DNA of 63,450 nt, filler included, from Phoronis australis (lineage: Eukaryota; Animalia; Phoronida), in NCBI GenBank assembly GCA_002633005.1. It is 4 parts of 4 records of this genome, joined end to end, with 100 filler letters (N's around TTAATTAATTAA, not from the genome) between each part and the next. Parts side by side here need not be neighbours in the genome. Positions count along the whole stretch, not along the records: positions 50,217 to 54,929 come from NMRA01002505.1; positions 55,030 to 63,450 come from NMRA01001134.1; 2 more parts are not named here. One strand, 5' to 3'. Both the position numbers and the translations under genes were made by a program. This document shows positions 52,117 through 63,450 of the stretch, piece by piece. Under the pieces are notes generated by a model that was given only the letters and a program-made list of their open reading frames with translations, made no database searches and had not been told where the DNA came from. Every line of letters begins with the position of its first letter. The first letter of the stretch is position 1.

Positions 52117-54295
52117 CTTGCAAGTTCTGATTCTCCTTCTCCATGCGTATAAGCAGTAACGTCTCCATTATTGCCTTTCTCCACAGACCACGAATTGACT
52201 CCGACGTGTGAAGGCGACCAACACCAGATGGACCATACTCTTCGCCAGATTCTAGTGTGGAGAAAGAAAACAGACAGTTGAAACAAGTTACATTGTTTTA
52301 GAGAGAAATCCAATCCTAACTGCGTTGAGAGGTTAAAACTGACACTGCACAAAATGAAAGATTACAAACCACTCCAATACACTCACCAGGCTCATTTTGT
52401 TAATCAAAATAAAATTGTAACAAAAACAAGTCTTTATGCCAGTTGTCAACATTAAAACCTTACAACAGACAGCTGAGGAAATAATGTTCCAATACTTGAA
52501 ACCCACCCGCTATAGGCTGGCCTTGATTTCTGACAGGTGTCACTACTCTGTTGAATATGGCTTGTCGCCAGGAGCCCCGCCTCCTTATGGGTGTGGCTAC
52601 ACTAGCTGACCTTGTCAGAGGTACAGTGGGTTTCTTGACTTCTGGTTCACTGGTTGCCAATGTTTCCCCTGCCTTGGACAACCTAAACAGTACAAAGGAG
52701 AAAGTCAGTTTCGAGAATCTGCCACAGAAATATGATTTTATACTCAAGTGTTCCTGTACCCAGGGCCGACATCAAACAGGAATTCCAAGAGTATATTTCT
52801 TAAAGTCAATCATCCAATTTCCACAATACAAGTATGACATGAAATTAATGGGGAACTTTGGATAAACAAGGTCAAACCAACAAGCACATTATGAGCAATA
52901 CAAAAGTGAAATAAATTAAGAAATAATATAATACTTGGAATGCATGACCGTTGGATTTCACAAGATACAGACCTTATATAATGTCAATCAAACTCACATG
53001 TACATTTTGGAGCCTTTTCGTGGAGCTGGCACAGGAGGGCGCTGCTGTGCCTCCTGCTGACTCACTGTAACATCTATGACATCACCAGCAGGTGGCACCA
53101 ACGGCTTCCTCTCCTGCGGCACATCACCGACAGTTGCTGCACGCGGTCTCGTCACAAGATGATGGTGTTGTTGTTGTTGATGTTGTTGATGATGTTGTTG
53201 CTTGGGTCGACGTGGACTTTCATCAAGAAGACTTGGAAACAGGTCGTGGATCTCGTTAAAGTTCTTGGCAATGGGTGAGGTGCACGGGGAGGGATCGGGC
53301 GTACCTTTGATGTCCTGCAAGTAAACACCGTGTTCACTCATTTGATAACACCCACATTTGGTATAACATCCACTCCCTCCCAGCGTAATTCTTCACATAG
53401 TAAGCACAAACCATGGCTGACAAGTAAAGTTCTATTTTGTGTAACTTCTCCACACAAATAAAGCTAAAAATAATTTTGGTCTATTACTAGCAAGGTTTGT
53501 AGTGTTTAGATGTCATACAATAGTAATTTTTGGGCAAAATAAGTGGACGGTCACCGTACACAAATTAAAAATTTCAAATATCATTCTGCAGTTCACATTT
53601 CAAGTCCAACAAGAGATAAACTTACAATTGATATGCTCGTTTCTGAGTCAGAGTGTCCCAACTCTTTGGGTTTTGTTTCATCTTTCTTGGTCCGCTGCAA
53701 AAAAGGGAGCAAAACAAAAATTTTAATGATCTTAAAAAAATCCCTTTGCAAAGTGACGTTAACACCGGAAAAATGATTTATCGTACGGTGTAACATAAAG
53801 TTGTAAACCACCTATAGGTTAGAATCACCAAATTGTCTCGCACGATACAAAAGGGTGATCTGAAGAAGGGTAAATTTAACAAATGACCCACTTAAGTAAG
53901 CTTAGGGTTGGGTAAGGGTATTTCAGAATATTTGTAAATCAGCCCCACTTTCAGTTTTCAAGGTATTGACTTTGGTACACATTACTTTACATTTTGGTAC
54001 AGATTACTTTATATTTTGATACTGTAAATCGTGTTCTGGCATTTTTTGTTTATGCTTCAATACAGTAATGGCACAGGGAACCGGTGTCCAACCCTATTTT
54101 CAATAAGCCCCTCTAAAACATGACAGTCATTGACACTGAACTAAAAAGGCATATCTGAGAAAGATGGCTTTAAAACTGTATCCTGGAGCGGAAGACTGTT
54201 ACCTGAAAGAAGTTATCAAATGATGCTGCTAATGACTTCTTAGCTTTGCTCTTTAGCAAGTCAAACTTGGATGTCTTCACTCCTGTCAGGTTGAA
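52117..54295 (-). CDS. TBC1D1/TBC1D4: TBC1D1/TBC1D4 (AS160)-like Rab GAP, internal exons upstream of the TBC domain
   Basis: Phase-matched exons 54295-54203, 53694-53626, 53314-52998, 52682-52507, 52251-52117. Family motifs FDLLKSKAKKSLAASFD, SWRQAIFNRVVTP and LWRKAIMETLLLIRMEKENQNLQ; RPRAAT is an Akt-type RxRxxT site. PTB and TBC exons were not found between the flanking gaps. Confidence 0.85.
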
Positions 54296-55979
54296 CTGTG
54301 GAACAAATAAAACAATGTTAGACAGAGATTCATATGAACATATTAAATTGACAGGTAACGAGACAAAATGTTGTTAAAGACTGTCAAGCCAGAAAATTGT
54401 TCTTAAATTTGTGATGTTCACCATCCTTAAAGCATAATTTCTCACTGCTAAGCTGCTTAGAACCGAATATCAAAATGGACCTTTTAGTCTCATAAAATCA
54501 GTATCAGTGTGTACGACAATGATGTACTTACGGCACAAAAATGTTAAAATGGAAAATTAACAGATTTTCATCATGAATCTTCATAAGGCCAGGGACATGC
54601 GTATGACATATTAAGAAGCACCTAGCTGCACTAAGTCATGTTATTAATAGTTGGTAATAGAAAACAAACACAGATGATGGCACCCAGATATGTACAGTCA
54701 TGTGAACATATGATGATACACCCAGCAGTTGATTTAGCACCTCATTGATATTCTTCATTAAGATTGTAACCAGTCTTCAAGATGAAGGCCGCTGAGTTCC
54801 CAGAAGAGCCCAGAAGAAACCCCACCCAGGGTTTGGGAAACAATAATTCATGGAACTGTGGAACCGCATCTGCGACCTCTTGATTTTGTAGTCATTGAAT
54901 AACCAGAGTACCACTGAGCACCCATACGTNNNNNNNNNNNNNNNNNNNNNNNNNNNNNNNNNNNNNNNNNNNNTTAATTAATTAANNNNNNNNNNNNNNN
55001 NNNNNNNNNNNNNNNNNNNNNNNNNNNNNCATAACTTTCAAAATCCATTTTTAAATTTGTACGTTTTGAATTTGTGAGGCAAAAACGGCTATTTTTCAGG
55101 TTTTCAATGAAGCCATTTTTGGCCAAATTTGGCACTCTGTAGCAGCCATAACGCACCTTTCCTGAAATTGACTTTATAATAATTTGTTTAGTCATTCCTA
55201 ACCTGTTCATAATCTAAAATAAAAAATCTTGCCTCTAATGTAGTTTTTGCGTACGAAGCATTACACGAACTGCACTTCGTCCTTTTGCATGTTCTCAGTT
55301 GCCTCTGCTGCCAATAGGGGGCTCTTGGAAAATATAATTAGCTTGCGAAACACGACATAAAATCCTTGTATTTTGGAGAAAACCGGCAGACAGCATTATT
55401 AATTACCATTCTCTGAAAACGGCATTGATGATTATTGCTTATTACAAAAATATGTAACGTAAATCAACTGGCATGCGTGGTTCTAAATGATAGATGGCGC
55501 TGCTTTTGTTTATGTAGAGACTGAAGACGCATCTAGAATAAGAGCAGTAATACGACGACGACCTTGCTATAATTCAAGACTTCGCGAGATATTGTCCTGC
55601 ATTTTAAATGAAAACACGTGGTTTTGGATAAATTTTAGAGAGGTTCTAGTGTTGCTGAACTCACCCCCGCCTTGTTATCTATCTGCCTTGTTCATGCCAC
55701 ATGCAAAGGAAGGCTTCCAAGGTGGATATGGCCCCCTAGTGTTCAGTGCAAAAAATCCTTCAACTTGTCAATAGTCATTGTAACTTTGGGCTCATATTGC
55801 AACGTCTCTGCTGGTTGCTACAAATTTTAGTCGCCACCAGTCGCCGGAAATCTGGTGTTCCCCCCAAACACCGGGCACCCTAACCGCGGCTGAATATTTC
55901 TGTCAGTGTGATCATCAGTGGTATAAAAAGGTACACATTCACAGTCAATAGAAAATAATTCACGAGAGACAATTTTATT

Positions 55980-58243
55980 AATGACTCATTCATGACATGA
56001 AGTAAACAGAAGTAACGGTCTCGACTTCATATATCACAAATCTTTGACTGGTATGCTACAAAACTAGGCTAAACGTTGAGCTCATTTACCACTTTCATTC
56101 AGTGAATCTGACGATATAACAGTATCTTCAGCAGAAATTGCATCGTCATAAACATTGCTGCAGACAACCTCGAAAAAATCCACCAATCTGTGATTCACTT
56201 AATATCACAGGTAAACACTTTACCTGTGGGTTCTTGTAATGTTTTCTCAATTTTGGCACTTCCGAGGGTGAACGTTTTTACCTGACTTATCTCCTTCATC
56301 GCATATGTTCGTCGGAAAGTTCTTAACCTTTGCTGAAAATCTTGTTGACCTTTAACCTTTTTTAAATGCCTAACCTATTGCTTCAGCATTCGTCTCAGCC
56401 AAATAGTACTCTGAGGCTGCCTCAAATGACGCTCCGGTTCTTGCATCTGAAAGCATTTCTGACCACTGTCGTGCGATGTGGTCATACGTGGTTTCCCTCT
56501 GTAAATGTTCAGTGTGGTTACCCACATCCCAATGCTGACCTAGTTCTGCGTCTGTAGCAAAAAATTTCGAGTAAACTTGCTGGGTACAAGGGAACTTTTG
56601 TTGAGGCTCTTCACAAGATACAATGCCAACCTTTACTCTTGGTGTTGAAAATCCGCCATGTCTAGAGATGTAGTGTATTTTAGAGAAATAGGTTTCCCAT
56701 TTTCTCAGTATTTGTGAGAACGTACCGTCACCTACATGGAATGATTTCCACACGCGAATTCCTTGGGTGGAATAGTGGGAATTTGGGAATGTTCTTATAC
56801 CAGGAACTGAGTATTTTGGAAAAGACTTTTTTGCATTGACTGAACATGCACATATAACATCCCTTCACACGGCCACTGGAAAGTAATGCTTCTTTCAAAT
56901 CCAGAAAGTTTACAATAGTGTTACCTTTGGCTACAAAGTACTTTACATGTTGTTTGAGTGGAGCGATCTTGCGATCACAGAGATCCTTTCCATTCTGACT
57001 TTCACTTAAGTCATATCTCGAAACAGACATGCCGGTTGAATTTGACAAGGCTGTTACGTTCAGGAGGAGAGGAGCAGAGTGGTAACATCCAGCATTACCT
57101 GACTCTTCCATGACTGGTCCTGTTCAGTCAGAAATTCACCGACTCTGGGTAGTACGAGTGCGTACTTTGGCACAGGCCTTGCTTTGTGAGGTAGTTTCCT
57201 GTATCTCAAATGTTCAGTGGTGTCTTTGACATAACTCACTAAAGCACAAAGCTTTTGTGATCGGATTTTTTGCAGAATAATCTCTCAAGGAACATGAAGG
57301 CCCATCGACATCGTCCGCCATTTTGTCTTTTTAAAAGGCACTTGCTTCTCTCAAAACCAGTCATTACAAATATTAATTCCTTCTCGTTTAATCTTAAAGG
57401 CATTTATTTCCATTTAAAATTTCTACAGAGTGTTTAAATTAACCTGATAATGTAAAAGAAATGAAAGAATACAAGAGGGTTACACGTACATTTTTCATAT
57501 ATCCTCAAGCTTAACCTCAACTGACTCACTCAGTGGGCAAAAGTCATCGGGTTCAGGTTTGATACTGGCCACGTAATAAACCCGGAAAACATCTTGTTTT
57601 CATTTGAAAGAGTTTAGACTTTGTTTCTATAACTATTTAAAGCAGACTTCTTGCCTATAGTTTGTTCAAATGGTCTGTAAACTCTGCTCGTCATTTCCAA
57701 ACTATGAAAATAGACAGTTTTGCAAGACAATTTTCACTAAGGTGCAAAGTTGAGGCAAGATTTTTTATTACTCAGTCATCAAGACTAGTTCTTTAACTGT
57801 ATGTTCAAAACGTCACATAAGGCTACAAGGTGTTTTATGACAGTAAGAAGGTCACAAAAATGGCCACTAAAATTAGCCCCAAAAAGTGGTCTGTGGGTTA
57901 TCTCCCCTGTCTAGCACAAAACTGTCAGATTTTAATAAACTGCACAGAATTATGTACAGTATACGTTGGTTATTTCAGCCACCAAAATATAGCTTTTGAT
58001 CTATTTTGTATGTTACTCATTTTGTTGCTGAAAACATGCGATTTTTGAGACGGCTAATATGCCCAATTGTGCCAATTTGAGTTATCATGCTCCAGCGGCG
58101 AAATTAAGGGTCATAGAGTGCACAAAGTTTGGCATTTGGGCTTATGTTAGGATACCTACCCATGTACAAAAAATGAAGTTGTTTTGAATTTTGACGTATA
58201 GACTGATTTTTGAAAATCTACTGGTTTTTATATGGACTGTCTC
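55980..58243 (-). mobile_element. Sola-like (probably Sola3) DNA transposon remnant
   Basis: Broken ORFs at 57111-56370 with SGNAGCYH...YDLSESQNGKDLCDRKIAPLKQHV...KEAL.S.G.V.G. The terminus ...GACTGTCTC|TTAA at 58243 fits the GAG...CTC ends and TTAA target of Sola3. The other end was not identified. Confidence 0.6.
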
Positions 58244-58600
58244 TTAATTTGGTTGACCCTTGGAGAGTTTACAATCTGGACCGTACCTCTTTTACATGGA
58301 GTAGGAAATACCCTGCCAAGAAATCACGCCTTGACTTTTTTCTAATTTCCCACGAGTTATTATCTTTGTTAAACAGGGTAGAAATAAACCCAGGCTACAG
58401 AACTGACCATTCAGCCATTCGGCTGGAGATAAAATTACACTCTTTTGAACGCGGCAGAGGCTCATGGAAATTTAATAATTCTCTACTCCGGGACAAAAAG
58501 TGTGTGGAGCAAGTAAAAATTATCATTCTAGACACCAAAAGTGTAGATGCTTCTGACATTGACGAAGCTTTACTGTTTAACATGTTCCTACTAAACATTA
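58244..58600 (+). mobile_element. Tx1/L1-clade LINE fragment (APE endonuclease C-terminal part)
   Basis: LVDPWR...FTWSR...KSRLDFFLIS...GYRTDHSAI...RGRGSWKFNNSLL, bounded by a DNA transposon end on each side. Confidence 0.85.
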
Positions 58601-58643
58601 GCAGCCGATTTCATAAAGGTGGTTTAAAGTTAAACCTGGTTTA

Positions 58644-58884
58644 AACTGGGCTTAGACCAGGTTTAAAGATAATCTGCATTTCATAGAGGTGGTTTAACTT
58701 TTAGACCAGTGGTCTTGTAAAACCTGGTTTAACTCCAGTTTAGACCTGGTCTAAGTCAGTTTTNAACTGGGCTTAGACCAGGTTTAAAGATAATCTGCAT
58801 TTCATAAAGGTGGTTTAACTTTTAGACCAGTGGTCTTGTACAACCTGGTTTAACTCCAGTTTAGACCTGGTCTAAGTCAGTTTT
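58644..58884. repeat. 120-bp tandem duplication in the Harbinger subterminal region
   Basis: 58644-58763 and 58765-58884, separated by one N; possibly an assembly overlap. Confidence 0.8.
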
Positions 58885-58983
58885 CATTTCACCAACAAGG
58901 TATATATTACTTAGACCTGTATTAGGATCATAAACCAGGATTAACTTTAGACTTGGTCATACCCAGGTTTAACACTTTTAAAG

Positions 58984-60048
58984 ATGGCTGACTCAGACTT
59001 GCGAGATATACATGTGCTCTATCGAGTAGGTGAAAGACGCTGCGGCGTGCGTCGCCGATGCAGTTTTAGAGCGAGAGTAAACTATTTCAAATTTTACGAC
59101 GAGACAGATTTCAAAAAGCGGTTCTGAATGACAAAACAGACAATGAGAGACGTCATAAGACTGGTCAGAAACCAGCTAGCACCTCTAACCCTGAGAAACC
59201 AGAGTATTACGCCAGAGCTACAGGTGCTTACCTGTTTGCGATTCTATGCAACCGGCAGCTATCAACGCGTGGCGGGCGACCTGAGCAGCATTAGTGTGGC
59301 ATCTGTCTGCAGGATTGTGCGGAGGGTAAGCGAGGCGATCGCATCACTGAAACCACAATACATCAATATGCCCGATCCGACAGAAGCCAACAGAACCAAA
59401 CAGCATTTTTTTCACGTTGCACATTTCCCTGGAGTTGTCGGTTGTATTGACGGTACACACATCAGAATTGCTTGCCCATGAGGAATCAGGAATCCTGCCG
59501 CGTACGTCAATCGGAAGGGGTTTTACTCGTTGAATGTGCAGGCAGTATGCGACGCATCAATGATGATTCGCAATGTAGTAACTCGCTGGCCTGGATCAAC
59601 CCACGACAGCACAATATTTCGCAACAGCACACTGGCAGAAAAGCTTCAAAATGGAAGGATCAGGGGTTCACTTCTTGGCGACAATGGATATGCGTGTGAA
59701 AGATATCTACTGACCCCTGTACTACAACCAACCACAGATGCAGAGTTGCGTTATAATGCTGCCCACAAACGTACTCGAAATATCATAGAAAGGGTTTTTG
59801 GGACTCTTAAGAGACGTTTTCCTTGCATCAGCATAGATTCTCGACTTAGGTGCCGAACACACACTGCCCAGGCAATCGTTGTATCGCTGTGTGTATTGCA
59901 CAATAAGTCAAGATTGAATGGGGACGAAGATTTCATTCCCCAAGAAGATGATGGTGATGATGAGGACGTCAACATCAATGTTGTTACACATGACGGGCAA
60001 AGAGGACTAGTGTTTAGACGTTTGCTGATTCAACACCATTTCGCGTAA
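58984..60048 (+). pseudogene. Harbinger (HARBI1-like) DDE transposase with two in-frame TGA stops
   Basis: One frame from ATG 58984 to 60048: LRFYATG, GCIDGTHI, YVNRKGFYSLNVQAVCD, WPGSTHDS, LLGDNGY, IERVFGTLKRRF. TGA at 59125-59127 and 59479-59481. Confidence 0.92.
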
Positions 60049-60275
60049 TAACAAAGAAGTGTTTGAATTGTAAACAAGTCATAAACTCATATATCGATGT
60101 ATCTGAATACATATATTCATCTATTTTGTTCACACAAACTGAAAACAACGAATATATGTTTGATACACTTGTCAAAATTTAANTCACTTCCGGAAAAGCG
60201 GACGAGTAATTAATAAAATTACGAAAAGCTGTAATTAAGTGAAAAATATGTCTAGGATATCCAACCAACCTTATT

Positions 60276-62130
60276 TTAGCTCAAAATGACATGGAAAAAG
60301 GTTGCCTTCGCCTTTAATGTACTTATTTCTTTCTGCAGTTTCTTTTCTTTCAAAAGAAGAACTCTTTCCTTGAGGTCCATAACTTCCATCCTCCTGTGAT
60401 GCTCTTTGCGTCTCATTGTAAGAATTTCGACAGGTACAATTTCGTTGTTATAATTGGCACGCGTAGATGCTGAAACAAAAAATATCAATTGGATTGAAAG
60501 CCAAATAGAGTCACAGACAGTGGTTTTTTTGTTGTAAATGCTTCATGTATCTATATACATGTGAGGAAAATTGATACAATACAACGAGTCTTCGTTAATC
60601 GGACATTTTTAAATCACGAAAAGTCAAAAATTTAATTATGAATTGTTGGCTCCAACATTAATGGTTAATTCCCCTCGATGATTGGTTTATAACTGTTCAA
60701 CGTAAATCTATAACTTTCTCAAACAAAGGGCCAATGAAATATCATTTGTCATATACATCATTCATGCCGCCATGCAAAACAACCACGCCCATATTAAACG
60801 TTAATTAAGATAACTTTGCTTNTAGACGACCGGTCGACGGCCGGTCGTCGACCAATTTCCGACCGGTCGGCCAAAAATTCGTGATGTGTGCTGTATGAAT
60901 TGTTGGCTCCAACATTAATGGTTAATTCCCCTCGATGATTGGTTTATAAGTATTCAACGTAAAACTATAACTTTCTCAAACAAAGGGCCAATGAAATATC
61001 ATTTGTCATATACATCATTCATGCCGCCATGCAAAACAACCACGCCCATATTAAACGTTAATTAAGATAACTTTGTTTTTAATCCTTTATTTTAATAATT
61101 ACGAAACATGCAAGTCCCGTTCATGCGACTTGTCAAGGAAAATGGCGTTAAATATTGAGGCGTGCAATGGTTCCGCAATTTTTGTTCTAATGCACAAAAT
61201 TTCCCATGATACGGAAAATATTTCTGCAAGTATTTCCGCAAAAACGCCTTCCATGAACGGGACTTACATGTAGGTTCATACACGGAAAAGACTGCATGCC
61301 TACAGTTGTACCTCGGGAATTTGACGGCTTTTCTGACTCCATTGCTTTTCTAGCACCAACAGGGCTTCTCAGGCGAAATGGAATTTGGTAGCTTTGTGGC
61401 GTACCGTGTCTACTTATCTCTGAGTAGGGGGTACAGTAGACTTGTTCTTGGTTGCCACGCGGTGTACTCAGTGTACTCGAACCACATGCGGGACTCGACA
61501 GGGGAGACGATGTCTGCTGTCTACTCAGTTTGCGGCTCGTCCCGGGTACAAGGCTCCTTGAGCACATTGGGATTTGCTCTCCCTGTAGCATCTGAGTTAT
61601 TGTGGACTGTATCGACTGTGGCTGACAAGAAGACAGCACATTCAAGTGTTGACCCGTACCTGTTGCAGTGTGTCCCTCAGACTCCGTACAGTCTGACTGG
61701 CTGTGCAGGGCGTCATCGTCGTAAGCATTTCGGGCAGGACTGACGACATCATCTAGGATCAAGTCTAACACCACCTGATTTTCCTGACTGAGTTCCACCT
61801 CCTTTGGTCCTCCGCCGGTTTCCTTTGCAGCTTTTTTAGTGATGAAAATTCCTTTTTGGCCTTCATTTTTGAGCGTTTCCAAAAGTCCTTTATCTGTTTA
61901 TCGTTGCGTTTTTCTGATTGTGGGAACTGTGCAGCCATTCTGTACCCAATGTCCCTCCAAGCCTGTTGCTTCCGTTGACTTGTTTTGGCGTCACCTTTCT
62001 TGTTCTCTATTTCATCAATTTTTTCTGCAATGAGTTCTGTGAGGAAACCTTTTTCCTCAGGAGAAAAGTTTTCCGACCTTTTTCTGCCCAATTTATTGAT
62101 GACAGAGCCACCACGAAAATACTTCTGCAC
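60276..62130 (-). pseudogene. Harbinger Myb/SANT-like DNA-binding protein, frameshifted, with a 3' exon
   Basis: RKRSENFSPEEK..L..LI...W..I...R...QIKDFWKRSK, then a frameshift near 61835 into KETGGGP, a low-complexity linker, an intron, and a coiled-coil last exon (EHHRRMEVMDLKERVLLLKEKKLQKE, about 60470-60276). Confidence 0.85.
60637..61075. repeat. ~180-bp direct duplication in the Harbinger Myb-gene intron
   Basis: 60637-60818 and 60894-61075, separated by an N and a short GC-rich palindromic spacer. Confidence 0.8.
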
Positions 62131-63450
62131 TGATTTTACCTACAACTGTGTGCTAGCTGTCATTGAAACCCACGTGATCACAATTCCATTGAAGCACTTC
62201 AGTAGCTTCTTTGTTGGGTTTACCGGGCTCTACACAGTGGGGTGCCTTTGATACTTTAAGCCTGATTTTACTGAACCGGCTACCTNATCAGAAATGCCAA
62301 GCACACGCGTTTCCGTATGTCCACAAAAGTGCTTTGAGCAGTGTTTACAAATTTGTTCATTTTGCTTTTCTACACTGACGACTATGGTCAAAACGGTGTT
62401 TTTAAAAAGTACACTTTTGACGGTATTTTCAAAAAAATATTTTGGTTGATGAATTCACCGAGTCGGTGCCACGGCAGAAAATGTATCTGCCTAAAGAAAG
62501 AGTTGCGTTTTCAAAACATTCAGAGCATGAGCTCAAGGACTACCTGAAAAAGAAAATAAAACCGAATACCAAACAGAAACTTGCCCGTTGATCATATAGC
62601 TCTTGGAAAACTGTTACCGCGAAGAAATGTGCAAAATACGAACGTCATTTACGGAAGGTTGTACCAGAAGTGATTCGTTGACGGCAGTGGAGCCGCCACG
62701 GGATAGTAAAAACACGGTGATGTGCAATAGTTAGCTGAATGGAAAGCTGAAGCGGAAAAATTCAGAACACACATTTTCTATTCAGGAATTGAAATCTCTG
62801 TAGAATCAGAAACAATTGACAACCAGGATTTATTGCGTCAAAAAACTTAGTATCACGCCAGGAGAGAATTCTTTTCATGCCCGGAGACTACGTGGTCACC
62901 CATTATGCAATGATGGCAATCCAGTGTGTACCTATACATTGGCATCTATTGTAAAACGTGGATTAGACGAAAGAAATTCAACTGCATTTCCAAGATAATA
63001 TGTCTTGTCGGCAAGAGGTTGAACATTTAGCCCTTGTTTATACGTATATTACGAACATTATCACTTTGAAGGATCAATGCTTGGGGATGGTGACGGGGTG
63101 TTCTGGCGTGTAAAGCTATTGACGTGGTAAGTTTTTGAACGTGGCTTATTAAATTTTCAGTTCGGTCGTACTTTATTTTGATCCTGAAGTGAAGAATTTT
63201 TGGTCCTCACTTGATACGTTATAGGTGCTGATGTGATAAATTTCAGTCTTGACGTGGTGAATTTTAGTCTTTATTTGTTTTTTTTTTGGTCTTCTGTGTG
63301 AAAACAATCTCAATGTATTGGATTGTTTTAATTCCTGCTTAAGTAAAATATCTGGTTTTGAGATATTTATCGTTGGTCCTGGAGAGTTAACATGTTTTGC
63401 TTGGTTTTAATCTTGTATAGAAAATATATGTTGTTAAATGTTGCAAATTA

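Larger units (their letters stand above)
58601..62285. mobile_element. PIF/Harbinger DNA transposon, two convergent genes; right end not seen
   Basis: Left end TTA|GCAGCCGATTTCATAAAG, a subterminal array of (A)AACCTGGTTT-like palindromes, a HARBI1-type transposase on + and a Myb/SANT-type gene on -. Confidence 0.9.

Noticed and set aside
57525-57575. tRNA/SINE-like A and B boxes (CTCAGTGG...GGTTTGATAC)
   Set aside because: Too short and degenerate; no cloverleaf could be drawn.

Overview
AT-rich eukaryotic (metazoan, probably invertebrate) scaffold window with N gaps; the organism cannot be named from sequence alone. Host genes: (1) an intronless 903-aa LRR + LRRCT + Ig protein with a probable GPI signal (-); (2) an intronless class A GPCR (-); (3) a spliced WSC + EGF-repeat gene (-); (4) a spliced secreted protein of unknown family with two internal Cys repeats (+), which appears to interleave with the EGF gene; (5) five exons of a TBC1D1/TBC1D4-like RabGAP (-). 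About half the window is transposon-derived and nested. An 8.3-kb Kolobok-type element (TTAA TSD, 13-bp TIRs, P2X7-C/KolX remnant) splits a CR1/L2-group LINE whose frame is restored exactly when the insert is removed. There are two Academ remnants, a Sola3-like remnant and a near-complete Harbinger on either side of a Tx1/L1 fragment, and several MITEs. No rRNA, tRNA or CRISPR was seen. I found nothing I can call a demonstrably new system; the best leads are the unknown repeat protein, the antisense interleaving and the tail-less LRR-Ig receptor. All family calls come from motif recognition by eye, not database searches.
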